A DNA stretch of 64,000 nucleotides, taken from Squalus acanthias (lineage: Eukaryota). The notes below the pieces were generated by a model. That model did not search any database. It worked only from the letters and a program-made list of their open reading frames with translations, and had not been told where the DNA came from. The DNA is taken from NCBI GenBank assembly GCA_030390025.1, contig CM059432.1:20524001-20588000 (forward strand), written 5' to 3'. Numbering within the stretch: the first letter of the stretch is position 1; each line of letters opens with the position of its first letter. The position numbers and the translations under genes were made by a program. Positions 37,171 through 49,019 of the stretch are shown here, one piece after another.

Positions 37171-38861
37171 GCACTGTGGAGTGTGTTGTTTTAGTGTTCT
37201 GTATTTTGTTCCTTAGGTAGGCTTGCATATCAGTATCAGCTGTTTTTTCAGAATTTAAATTGTGTTTCAATGTTACAGTATTATGCACACTGGCATTTAT
37301 GAGCTATAGACATCTTTCATCACAAGGTATCCCTTATGTTGAGGTGTTAACTGTTAAGTATACAGATAGTTCTTCTCTTTTAGTTTGATACAGTCCACAA
37401 ATGGTTAAGTATGGTTAGATCAAAACTTGCCACATTATTCAGTATTGCACCTACTCCCTTTAACTTTGATCGAACAATCTTTACTGAACAATGCGACCAG
37501 CGCAGGGCTCCCACCAGCTACATTTTGGGCGGAATGCGTTCTGGTGACATATCTAAAAAGCAGATTCTCATTTTGAAAATAATTGACTACTTTTCAACTT
37601 CTGAGTCTCGTGATATGGAGTCACTGATTATTAAAATGAACATTTTCAATACATTTTCATCAGCAGCGATTCAAATTTAAGAATTCAGGTCATGGCCCCA
37701 GCTCCACTCCAGCTCCTTGTCCCGTTTTGGACTTCGCAAAAAGTGCTCACCCGATTGACGTGGGATATTTTAATAAGGGGAGCCAATATTGGGTCAACAT
37801 TATGTTTATAATTATGGCCCAACAAAAACAGCAGCCCTTGTTTCAGGAGTGGATTGGCAATCAGCAGGAAACAGATGCATTTGCCCCCACAACTCCCAGG
37901 CTGTTATCATGACCTTTATGGCAGGAACTCGGGAGGACTTTCCCGATCATTCAGTTACAATTCTCTCTTTCGGCTAAACAAATAGGTGCACAATAGATGT
38001 GTACAAATTAGATGCGCACGAGTTAACAGGACTGCAACAGCCTATATTTTGCAGACACAATAATTGATCAGTACCATTATTAAATATATTTACATATAAA
38101 GTGTGTGTGTGTGTCTTTTGGTTGAAAACAGCACAGCGCCTCTCACTGGCGACGAAACTAACGAGGTCCGCCTCACTTCTCCAGCTGACTGCCTCCAGTT
38201 TCACAAAACTGGCTTTTCTGTTTGCCGGCACAGAACCTTTACCTGCACTTTTAACATTAAATTTCAGACTGTTGCCCCCCTACCCCCCCCCCTGAACCCC
38301 CCACCCCCATCTACTTGGTAAAGTTATATTATAAAGTCAGTAGTAACTTTCAGGCTGATCTGTTTAACACGTTGATGCATTAGTTTTGGAGCAGTTCTGA
38401 GTGAAGGCAACGATCGTAATGATATTTTTAATTCTTGTTTCTCCATCCGAGTGTCTTTCATGCCTTTCTAATTCTGCACGAACTGCATATAAATGAGCTG
38501 ACGACACACAGCCAGCAACTGCAATACCTTAACATTCTGACGTGACTATGACACTAAAGTGAAAGCAAAACCGACAAGCAGAACATTCCTCCCTCTGGGC
38601 AGATAAAGCACAAAGGCAGATACATATAGAGGGAGAGTAAGAGTCACTGGTTTTTTTTATTGCATATCTTCGATTCACAAAAAAAACAGTCAATGCCAAT
38701 AGCGTTTCCTTTGTAGCTTCGTTCTACAGTAGCTTTCTAACTGTTTTTAACTGCTGTCGTTTGAAACATTTTTATAATGATTGATCTGGGTAGTTTTTGT
38801 AGTTCAACATTGTTGCTTTTCGTCAGTCTACAGATACTTCATCCAGTATTTAATAGTATAT

Positions 38862-39101
38862 AAAAGCAAAATACTGCGGTTGCTGGAAATCTGAAATATT
38901 AACAGAAAATATTGGAAACACTCAAGTCAGGCAACATCGGTGAAGAGAAAAATATATGTTTCAGGCCAATGACCTTTTGGCAGAACTCCCAAAAGTTCTG
39001 ATGAAAGGGTCATTGACCTGAAACTTCAACCTGGCATTGCTCTCTTCCCCAGATGCTGCCTGACCTGCTGAGTGTTTCCTGCATTTCTGTTTTTGTTTCT
39101 G
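38862..39101. mobile_element. Head-to-head inverted pair of Penelope pLTR ends with decayed hammerheads
   Basis: Left arm (...TTTCAGGCCAATGACCTTTTGGCAGAACT) is the approximate reverse complement of the right arm (AGTTCTGATGAAAGGGTCATTGACCTGAAAC...CAGATGCTGCCTGACCTGCTGAG). Confidence 0.8.
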
Positions 39102-39474
39102 AAGTGGTACTTGGATTTCCGCAGCTTATTGACATTTTAAATAGAAGTGTAGCACAGCAAAAATTTGCAAAAGGTCAGCACCAGGGATGTCTCAAGATAT
39201 ATGTGCAATGACATGCAAAATGTTCTAAATGGTAGCAGTAAAAAAAATCTAATAATTTCCAAATGCAGCCAAGAAAGCAAAGCACCACCTTTAGAAAAGC
39301 CTACTAAGCAGGCCTGGGCTTGTCAAGCAATGATGCGTCTAGTCTATATGGGTAAGGGTATAGGTGGTGGTTTGCTAAGCTTGTATCATTTCATCTGTGA
39401 CCTAAAATTCCTCATTTGCATATTAGTATGAGGCTCATGCATATCAGTTGCACAATGTCCAATTTTCACAAATT

Positions 39475-40020
39475 ACATAAGAACATAAGAAATAGGAGCA
39501 GGAGTAGGCCAATTGGCCCCTCGAGCCTGCTCCGCCATTCAATAAGATCATGGCTGATCTGATCCTAACCTCAAATCTAAAGAACACAAGAAGTAGGAGC
39601 AGGACCCGGCCACTCAGCCCCTGGGCCCGCTCCGCCACCCACAGGGCCTTGACCGATCCGAACTCAGCCTCATGTCCAATTTCCTGCCCGCTCCCCGTAA
39701 CCCCTAATTCCCTTTACTTCTAGGAAACTGTCTATTTCTGTTTTAAATTTATTTAATGATTTAGCTTCCACAGCTTCCTGGGGCAGCAAATTCCACAGAC
39801 CTACTACCCTCTGAGTGAAGAAGTTTCTCCTCATCTCAGTTTTGAAAGAGCAGCCCCTTATTTTAAGATTATGCCCCCTAGTTCGAGTTTCACCCATCCT
39901 TGGGAACATCCTTACCGCATCCACCCGATCAAGCCCCTTCACAATCTTATATGTTTCAATAAGATCGCCTCTCATTCTTCTGAACTCCAATGAGTAGAGT
40001 CCCAATCTACTCAACCTCAT
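39475..40020 (-). mobile_element. CR1 3' end with a doubled 3' UTR
   Basis: RLSRLGLYSLEFRRMRGDLIE ORF; two successive AAGAAC...TAGGAGCAGGA terminal modules. Confidence 0.9.
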
Positions 40021-40037
40021 TGAACCTCATAAAATTG

Positions 40038-40490
40038 CAAGAAAGACTTGTATTTATATAGCGCCTTTCACAACCTCAGGATGTCCCAAAGCACTTTACA
40101 GCCAATGAGGTACTTTTGAAGTGTAGTCACTGTTGTAATGTAGGAAATGCGACAGCCAATTTGTGCACAGCAAGGTCCCACAAACAGCAATGTGATAATG
40201 ACCACATAGTCTGCTTTTTATGGTGTTGGTTGCGGGGGATAAATATTGGCCAGGACTCTGGGGAAGAGCTCCTCTGCTCTTCTTTGAAATAGTGCCATGG
40301 GACCTTTCACGTCCACTTGAGAGAGCAGACAGAGCCTCGGTGTAACATCTCACCCAACAGTGCAATAATCCCTCAGTACTGCACTGGGGATGTCGGCCTA
40401 GATTTTGTGCTCAAGTCTCAGGCATGGGACTTGAACCCACAACCTTCTAACTCAGACACGAGAGTGCTGCCACTGAGCCATGGCTGACAG
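40038..40490 (-). mobile_element. Deu-domain SINE (SacSINE1-like), near full length
   Basis: tRNA head (TGGCTCAGTGG, GTTCAAGTCC on minus), Deu core, L2-type tail. Confidence 0.9.
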
Positions 40491-41935
40491 TGTACAACAA
40501 CCCTCCTTGCTCGATTTTATGACCTCTTCAGGCTGCATGCCAGACCATACCGGGGGTATGCAGCCTTGAAAAACTTACCTAATATAATACAGAAATTTAA
40601 TGGTTTGAAACAAGATGGGTCATCCCCTCATGTTCAGTATGAAAATCCAACAGTAAATATATCCATAAAATAATTAAAACATTTTACATAATTTAATAGC
40701 AGTAATCAACTTCAAGACACATATGTATCGGTTGAGTGATTCTTTAATACTCAGCTTCATCGCATGTCTATTATTGACATATATGCCTGACTGTCCATTT
40801 TTATTGAGAAAATCAAAAAGCTATAAGATATTTTTTTCAATATTCTTCTTAAAAAGAATATCAATGAGTCAAAATAATGCAGGAGGACAGACTTGATTGA
40901 AAGACTTGACCTATTGTCCTGTTCTTCAGCAAAGCTGGCCCACCCTTAATTAGTCCCACACATTGATTAATGTTTACGGAAGGGGTATTGCTATCAGGCA
41001 CCTTTTATACATCAGTTGCAAAGAATTATAATTAACATTAAGATCATTTTTCTTTGTTCTTCCCATTATTTTGTATGAATAATGAGGGTGCATTAGAGGC
41101 AAGAAGGAATTGCTCAGGTTATTAGGGAGCTGAATTGTTATCAGTGGTAATGCTATTATGAACCTTGGAATGATTAAGCATCAACTGTGAATGTTAATTC
41201 AGCTCTGTCTTACTATCAGTTCCTAAGTCAATCTCCTAATGTGGTCTGATGAAAGATTTATCCCCAAAACGTTTCTATATTTTTCTTTTCAGATGCTAAC
41301 TAACCAGCTGCATATATCTAACATATTTTTATTATCAGCACTCATGGTTTAACAAAGCATTAAAAAACAGAAACTGAAACAATAAAGCAAAAGAATTGGA
41401 CATTGTATTTCTTTCCAGCAGTTTGATTTTTAAATGGTTCCTGATAGTGACACAATCAGTCTTTGAGTTTTCTTGGAACACCTCTGCAATGGGTTTGAAA
41501 TCCAAAGGTTGACATCATTGTATGTAGAGATTTATTTATTTAATTAATTGTTTTAGGAATTATAGGCTTAGGTTTGCTAAGGTACGACAAACAGCAGACA
41601 CTAATTGTATCATAAATTAGTTGCTGACATTCATAAAAGTTAGCAAAGAAGAGAGCCAGATTTAATTAGGAAGTCACCTCTTTAAAGTCTTGAAGGTTTT
41701 GAATTGAGCCTTTTTCTCCTTTCTTGACTCCAAGAACTATACATAGCTATTATGTATCTTCACCCAACTAAATTTAAACCAAGCAGATTTCAGCATGCAA
41801 AAGAAAAATGTGACAATCCATGTTCGGGGTGCTAACCTGCAGTATGAGAGCGTCAATGAACAGCCAATAGCTCCCATTAGGTTGGAAACTAACCAATGTG
41901 CCACCTATATTTAAAAACTGGTGCTGAAGCAGAAC

Positions 41936-42360
41936 CAATAGGTGAAGTAAGAGTGACTGCCCTTGACATCGACGCACCATTCGACCGAGTGTGCCACCAA
42001 GGAGCCATAGTAAAACTGAAGTCAAAGGGGATCATGGGGAAAACTCTCCAATGGCTGAAGTTATACCTAACACAAAGGAAGATGGTTGTGGTTGTTGGAG
42101 GCCAATCGTCTCAGCCCCAGGACATTGCTCCAGGAGTTCCTCAGGGCAGTGTCCTCGGCCCAACTACAGCTGCTTCATCAATGAGCTTCCCTCCATCATA
42201 AGGTCAGAGGTAGGGCTCTTCGCTGATTGCAAAGTGTTCAGCTCTATATGGAATAAAGCAGTCCATGCCTGCATGCAGCAAGACCTGGACAACACCCAGG
42301 CTTGGGCTGATAAGTGGCAAGAAATGTTCGTGCCACACAAGTGCCAGGCAATGACCATAA
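41936..42360 (+). mobile_element. RT fragment of the LINE family at 49997-53200
   Basis: GEVRVTALDI, GVPQGSVLGP, GLFADC; collinear with 52055-52455. Confidence 0.88.
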
Positions 42361-42364
42361 TATT

Positions 42365-43010
42365 ACATAGTATTTACAGCACAGAAACAGGTCATTGAGC
42401 CCAACAGGTGAATTGGAGTGTTTATGCTCCACACGAGCCTCCTCAACCTTTTTCATCTAACCCCATCAACATATCCTTCTATTCCTTTTTCCTTCAAGTG
42501 TTTATCTAGGTTCCCCTTAAATTCATCTATGCTATTCGCTTGAACTACTCCTTGTGATAGCGAGTTCAACCTTCTAATCACTCGCTGGGTAAAGAAGTTT
42601 TTCCTGAATTCCCTATTTGATTTATTGTGACAATCATATTTATGGCCCCTAGTTCTGGCTTCCCCTGCAAGTGGAAACATCTCTACATTTACCCTATCAA
42701 GCCCTTTTATAATCTTAAAGACCTCTATCAGATCACCCTTCAGTCTTCTCTTTTCGAGACAAAACTGCCCCAGCCTGTTCAAACTTTCCTAATAGGCATA
42801 ACCTCTTAGTTCTGGTATCATCCAGGTAAATCTTTTGTGCACCTTCTCCAGTGCCTATATATCCTTTTTATAGTATGGAGACCAGAACTGTTCACAGTAC
42901 TCTTAAGTGTTGACTAACCAAGGTTCTATACAAGTTTAACATAACTTCTCTGCTTTTCAATTCTCTCCCTCTGGAAATGAACCCCAGTGCTTTGTTTACT
43001 ATTTTTATGG
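42365..43010 (-). mobile_element. CR1 3' end
   Basis: [29 protein letters not shown]. Confidence 0.88.
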
Positions 43011-43259
43011 CATTTTTACAGGGTCCTACCGTGGTAGAGTCTTCCTTCTTTTCCAAACAGTAGTCCTTGCTCAATCCAATTTCCAAACACCTTTTAATGC
43101 ACATGTTTAATGTTGAATGCCACCGTAACCTTTACAGTGCTTTGTGTGCCCTGGTGTTTGACTCTAATTAAAGAAAGAAAGACTTGCATTTATATAGCAT
43201 TAATAATATATATTAATAACCTAAGAACATAAGAATTAGGAGCAGAAGGCCATATGGTC

Positions 43260-43680
43260 GCTCGAGCCGACTGCAACAGCGGACATTGGTCAGTGACTAC
43301 TCGCCCGTTAAGTCGCAGCCTCTTCATACATTGCTCTCTGTCATGTTGAGGTAAGACATCCTGTGGCAAAACACCTGTGTGCTGCAAGGCCTCCTTTGCC
43401 CTTACCTCCTTCACCCTCTTCTTTGACCCTCCACAGGTCTGTGCTGCCATGCTGGCTTCTGCTCTTGCCGCTGCTCTGGCAGCCTCAATGATAATCCCAG
43501 ATACATTCCCATCTTTTCCAATAAAACAGGGCAGCTGCAGCCGAAAGTCAGCTCTCCAACAGCTCTGCACACACAAAAACTTCCCGAACTCAGCCAAAGC
43601 AGCCAAAAAACGACTATTCAGAGACTTACCACAATGGAGGCAGGGATCTTTTCAAATATCACTGCTGCAGCCAGCTTCAC
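43260..43680 (-). mobile_element. Harbinger transposase 5' fragment (element probably continues at ~48020-48300)
   Basis: EQCMKRLRLNGRVVTDQCPLLQ matches [23 protein letters not shown] of the 5425-6568 transposase. Confidence 0.7.
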
Positions 43681-43769
43681 AGAACATAGAACATAGAACA
43701 TAGAACAGTACAGCACAGTACAGGCCCTTCGGCCCTCGATGTTGTGCCGAGCATTGTCCGAGACCAAGA

Positions 43770-46553
43770 TCAAGCTATCACACTCCCTATCACTCTGGTG
43801 TGCTCCATGTGCTTATCCAATAACCGCTTGAAAGTTCCTAAAGTGTCCGACTCCACTATCACAGCAGGCAGTCCATTCCACACCCCAACCACTCTCTGAG
43901 TAAAGAATCTACCTCGGACATCCCTTCTATATCTCCCCCCATGCACCTTATAGTTATGCCCCCTTGTAACAGCTGCCTCTACCCGAGGAAATAGTCTCTG
44001 AACATCCACTCTATCTATCCCCCTCATCATCTTATAAACCTCTATTAAGTCGCCTCTCATCCTCCTCCGCTCTAAAGAGAAAAGCCCCAACTCCCTCAAT
44101 CTTTCCTCATAAGACCTCCCCCCCAAACCAGGCAGCATCCTGGTAAATCTCCTTTGCACTCTTTCCAATGCTTCCACGTCCTTCCTATAGTGAGGTGACC
44201 AGAACTGCACACAATATTCCAAATGTGGTCTCACCAAGGTCCTGTACAGTTGCAGCATAACCTCACGGTTCTTAAACTCAAACCCTCTGTTAATAAACGC
44301 CAACACACCATAGGCCTTCTTTACTGCTCTATCCACTTGAGTGGCAACCTTCAGAGATCTGTGGATATGAACCCCCAGATCCCTCTGCTCCTCCACGTTC
44401 CTCAGAACCCTGCCGTTGACCCTGTAATCCTTATTCAAATTTGCCCTACCAAAATGAATCACCTCGCACTTATCAGGGTTAAATTCCATCTGCCATTTTT
44501 CGGCCCAGCTCTGCATCCTATCAATGTCTCTTTGCAGCCTACAACAGCCCTCCACCTCATCCACTGCTCCACCAATCTTGGTGTCATCAGCAAATTTACT
44601 GATCCACCCTTCAGTCCCCTCCTCCAAGTCATTGATAAAAATCACAAACAGCAGAGGACCCAGCACCGACCCCTGTGGCACACCGCTGGTAACTGGTCTC
44701 CAGTCCGAAAATGTTCCATCCACCACCACCCTCTGCCTTCTATGAGATAGCCAGTTACTTATCCAATCGGCCAAATTTCCCTCTATCCCACAACTCCTTA
44801 CTTTCTTCATAAGCCGACCATGGGGAACCTTATCAAACGCCTTACTAAAATCCATGTATACGACATCAACTGCTCTACCTTCATCTACACACTTAGTTAC
44901 CTCCTCAAAGAATTCAATCAAATTTGTTAGGCAAGACTTACCCTTCACGAATCCGTGTTGACTATCCCTGATTAAGTTGCCCCTTTCCAAATGGTCATAA
45001 ATCCTATCCCTCAGGACCTTTTCCATTATCTTACCAACCACCGAAGTAAGACTAACTGGCCTATAATTACCAGGGTCATTCCTATTTCCTTTCTTGAAGA
45101 GAGGAACAACATTCGCCACTCTCCAGTCCTCTGGCACCATTCCCGTGGACAGTGAGGACCCAAAGATCAAAGCCAGAGGCTCTGCAATCTCCTCCCTTGC
45201 CTCCCAAAGAATCCTAGGATATATCCCATCTGGCCCAGGGGACTTATCGACCCTCAGGTTCTTCAAAATTGCTAAAACATCTTCCCTCAGAACATCTACC
45301 ACCTCCAGCCTATCCACCTTTATCACACTCTCATCCTCAAGAACATGGCCCCTCTCCTCGGTGAACACTGACGAAAAGTATTCATTCATCACCTCTCCTA
45401 TCTCTTCTGACTCCATGCACAAGTTCCCACTACTGTCCTTGACCGGCCCTACCCTCACCCTGGTCATTCTTTTATTTCTCACATAAGAGTAAAAAGCCTT
45501 GGGGTTTTCCTTGATCCGACCCGCCAAGGACTTCTCATGCCCCCTCCTAGCTCTCCTAAGCTCTTTTTTTAGCTCATTCCTTGCTACCTTGTACCCCTCA
45601 ATCGACCCAACTGAACCTTGTTTTCTCATCCTTACATACGCTTCCTTTTTCCTCTTGACTAGACATTCAACCTCTTTTGTGAACCATGGTTCTCTCACTC
45701 GGCCATTTCCTCCCTGCCTGACAGGGACATACCTATCAAGGACACGCAGTAATTGCTCCATGAAAAAGCTCCACTTTTCGTTTGTGCCTTTCCCTGATAG
45801 TTTCTGTTCCCATCTTATACTCCCTAATTCTTGCCTAATCGCATCATAATTACCCCTCCCCCAATTATAAACCCTGCCCTGCCGTATGGCCCTATCCCTC
45901 TCCATTGCAATAGTGAACGTTACCGAATTGTGGTCACTATCTCCAAAGTGCTCTCCCACATACAAATCAAACACTTGGCCCGGTTCATTACCCAGTACCA
46001 AATCCAACGTGGCCCCAGCTCTTGTCGGCCTATCCACATATTGTGTCAGGAAACCCTCCTGCACACACAGTGCAAAAACTATCCCATCCGAACTGTTTGA
46101 CCTATAAAGGTTCCAATCAATATTTGGAAAGTTGAAGTCACCCATGACAACTACTCTGTGACCTCCACACCTATTCATAATCTGCTTTGCAATTTCTTCC
46201 TCCACATCTCTATTACTATTTGGGGGCCTGTAGAAAACTCCTAACAACGTGACCGCTCCTTTCCTATTTCTAACTTCAGCCCATATTACCTCAGACGGCA
46301 GATCCCCCTCGAACTACCTTTCTGCCGCTGTTAAACTATCCTTGATTAACAATGCTACTCCTCCACCTTTCTTACCAACTTCCCTACTCTTACTGAAACA
46401 TCTATACCCCGGAACTTCCAACAACCATTCCTGTCCCTGTTCTAACCATGTCTCCGTAATGGCCACCACATCGTAGTCCCAAGTACCAATCCATGCTCCA
46501 AGTTCTCCTACCTTATTCCGGATGCTCCTTGCATTGAAGTAGACACACTTCAA
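43770..46553 (-). CDS. CR1 ORF2: APE endonuclease plus reverse transcriptase, one internal TAG at 46314-46316
   Basis: KCVYFNARSI, AITETWL, GGGVALL, GDFNFP, LDLVL, SDHN, YRPVSLTS, DFSKAFD, PQGSVLGP, FADD; ORFs 46314-46553 and 43770-46247 share one frame. Confidence 0.93.
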
Positions 46554-46580
46554 GCCATCTTCCTGTCTGCCGGTACATTC

Positions 46581-47594
46581 CTACGACCTTGATACCCTCC
46601 TCAGTACCTCCCTACACTCACCACTGGCTCCTGGACTACAGCCCTTTTTCCCATCCCCCTGACAAATTAGTTTAAACCCCCCCCGAAGAGCCGTAGCAAA
46701 TTTCCCTCCCAGGATATTGGTGCCCCTCTGGTTCAGGTGCAAACCGTCCTGTTTGTACAGGTCCCACCTTCCCCAGAATGTGCTCCAATTATCCACATAA
46801 CTGAAACCCTCCCCGCTACACCATCCCTGCAGCCACGTGTTTATCTGCACTCTCTCCCTGTTCCTCAACTCGCTAGCACGTGGCACCGGCAACAAACCAG
46901 AAATTACAACATGGTTTGTACTGGCTCTCAGCTTCCAACCTAGCTCCCTAAATTCCTGTTTTAAATCCCCGTCCCTTCTCCTACCTATGTCGTTGGTACC
47001 GATGTGTACCACGACTTGTGATTGTTCCCCCTCCCCTTTGAGGATTCTGAAAACACGGTCCGAGACGTCACGGACCCTGGCACCCGGGAGGCAACATACC
47101 ATCCGTGAGTCTCTTTTGCTGCCACAGAACCTCCTATCTGTCCCTCTGACTATTGAGTCCCCAATAACTATTGCTCTCCTGCTCTCCCCCGTTCCCTTCT
47201 GAGCCACAGGGACGGACCCAGCGCCGGAGATCCGGTCACCATGGCTTACCACTGGTAAGTCGTCCCCCTCAACAGTATTCAAAGCGGTATACCTGTTACT
47301 GAGGGGAACGACCACAGAGGATCCCTGCACTGACTGCTTCCTCCTAGCCCCTCTCACCGTCACCCATCTATCTTCATGCTTTGGAGTAATTACATCCCTG
47401 AAGCTTCTATCTATGACCTCCTCTGCCTCCCGAATGATCCGAAGTTCATCCAGCTCCAGCTCCAGTTCCCTAACACGGTTTTCGAGGAGCTGGAGATGGG
47501 TGCACTTCCCACAGGTGTAATCAGCAGGGACACCTACGGTGTCCCTCACCTCAAACATTCTGCAGGAGGAACATTTCACTGCCTCCCCTGCCAT
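46581..47594 (-). CDS. CR1 ORF1: zinc finger, leucine zipper and SGNH/GDSL esterase
   Basis: CSSC...CGKC, LENRVRELELELDEL, IVIGDSIVRG, VHIGTNDI, DGLHLN. Confidence 0.93.
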   Translation of the reverse strand: MAGEAVKCSSCRMFEVRDTVGVPADYTCGKCTHLQLLENRVRELELELDELRIIREAEEVIDRSFRDVITPKHEDRWVTVRGARRKQSVQGSSVVVPLSNRYTALNTVEGDDLPVVSHGDRISGAGSVPVAQKGTGESRRAIVIGDSIVRGTDRRFCGSKRDSRMVCCLPGARVRDVSDRVFRILKGEGEQSQVVVHIGTNDIGRRRDGDLKQEFRELGWKLRASTNHVVISGLLPVPRASELRNRERVQINTWLQGWCSGEGFSYVDNWSTFWGRWDLYKQDGLHLNQRGTNILGGKFATALRGGFKLICQGDGKKGCSPGASGECREVLRRVSRS

Positions 47595-47790
47595 CCCCTC
47601 CAGCTAACTTGCAGATTAAACTAGAACAAAAAAGAGCTTACCTGATAGTCACTCACCTCCTTTAGGTTAGAGGAGGAGGAAGGGTGGGGGACACTACAAG
47701 TGTAGTGTCTCGGGTTTAGGAACCGCCCAACTTATATACAGGTAAAAATTAATCACCTACCCAGCAACCACTGCGTCCCGCACTTTAAAA

Positions 47791-48018
47791 GCCTCTGTGG
47801 GCCTACCTGGTCGCCGCCGCCTCTTGAGTCCTCCGCCTCGCCGCAGCCGCTCCACCCAGGTCCGCCGCCTCTGTGGGCCTACCTGGTCGCCGCCGCCTCT
47901 TGAGTCCTCCGCCTCGCCGCAGCCGCTCCACCCAGGTCCGCCGCCTCTGTGGGCCTACCTGGTCGCCGCCGCCTCTTGAGTCCTCCGCCTCGCCGCAGCC
48001 GCTCCACCCAGGTCCGCC
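47791..48018. repeat. Three identical 76-bp GC-rich tandem monomers at the CR1 5' end
   Basis: Unit GCCTCTGTGGGCCTACCTGG...CACCCAGGTCCGCC starts at 47791, 47867 and 47943. Confidence 0.95.
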
Positions 48019-48411
48019 GCTTCCTGATTGTTTGCACTATGTCTTTCAGGGCAAGCTTAAGAATGAATGAATCAAAAGGTCCCAGGCACCACATTTCCTA
48101 AAAGGGTCCTAATACAAGCACAGGTCCCCTATTTGCATATTTTACTGAAGCTAACATTCATTTCAGGTGGACTGAACCAATATGGCGGCTGCCGCTTTTT
48201 GTGCCCGCTTCTGGTGCAAGAAATTCCATCACAGAATAGGTAAGACGAACGTTGAAAACTTGCGGAAATGCAAATGAGCTTCTACTCCCAAAAAGTGGGT
48301 TGAAGGTTAGAAAGCAGCGGTTAATTGTTTGGGAAGTGATGTTGAGATAGGGGCAAAGTTTGAGTGAAATGCCCAGGGACTGACCTTGGGACCTCTACTG
48401 TTTTTAATTAG

Positions 48412-48685
48412 AATTATAGAATCATACAATGGATACAGCACAAAAGGAGGCCATTCGACCCGTTGAGCCCGTGCCGGCTCTCTGCAAGAGCACTTCAGCT
48501 GGTCCCACTCCCCCGCCCTTTCTCCGTAGCCCTGCAATTTTTTTTCCTTCAGGTACTTAGCCAATTCCCTTTTGAAAGCCACGATTGAATCTGCCTCCAC
48601 CAGCCTTTCAGGCCGTGCATTCCAGATCCTAACCGCTCGCTGCGTAAAAATGTTTTTTCTCATGTCGCTTTTGGTTCTTTTGCCT
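48412..48685 (-). mobile_element. CR1 3' end
   Basis: MRKNIFTQRAVRIWNARPERLVEADSIVAFKREL. Confidence 0.88.
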
Positions 48686-49019
48686 AAAAGAACTATAAGA
48701 ATAATAATAGAGAAAAATCTAAAGGAGAATCTGAGAAAATAAGGAGAAGGGGTTAAGCCAAAATTGTCCCCTAAATGTGGGACTTGGATTTGACTTTAGG
48801 CCAGACTGATTGAAAGAAAGCTGTTTGTAAGGGCCTTAAGCAAAATGTACATGAGCAGCCTCAGCATCCTTCCTAGTGGAAATAATCTCATAGTGCAAAA
48901 AATACCCAGAGCATAAACCCCCTCCCAAACAGCACACAATTCAACGTGTTGTGATAGTCTCAATAGGAGAGGCTACAATTTTAGCTGGTATTGGAAATGA
49001 AAATGGCACATTATAGGAG

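Larger units (their letters stand above)
43681..48018 (-). mobile_element. Full-length young CR1 LINE
   Basis: 5' monomer repeats, ORF1, ORF2 (EN+RT), 3' UTR and (TTCTATG)n tail. Confidence 0.96.

Noticed and set aside
38144..38156. TGGCGACGA as an LTR primer-binding site
   Set aside because: No LTR upstream or gag/pol downstream; a short match is expected by chance
41244..41340. Additional hammerhead (CTGATGA...CAAAACGTT)
   Set aside because: Decayed pLTR remnant; GAAA core and stem II are broken
44223..47202. Several plus-strand ORFs of 70-175 aa
   Set aside because: Antisense shadows of CR1 ORF1/ORF2; the same pattern occurs at 24015-24464 and 54033-54659
47791..48018. Regular 76-bp repeats as a CRISPR array
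   Set aside because: Units are identical and contiguous with no unique spacers; eukaryotic context; no cas genes
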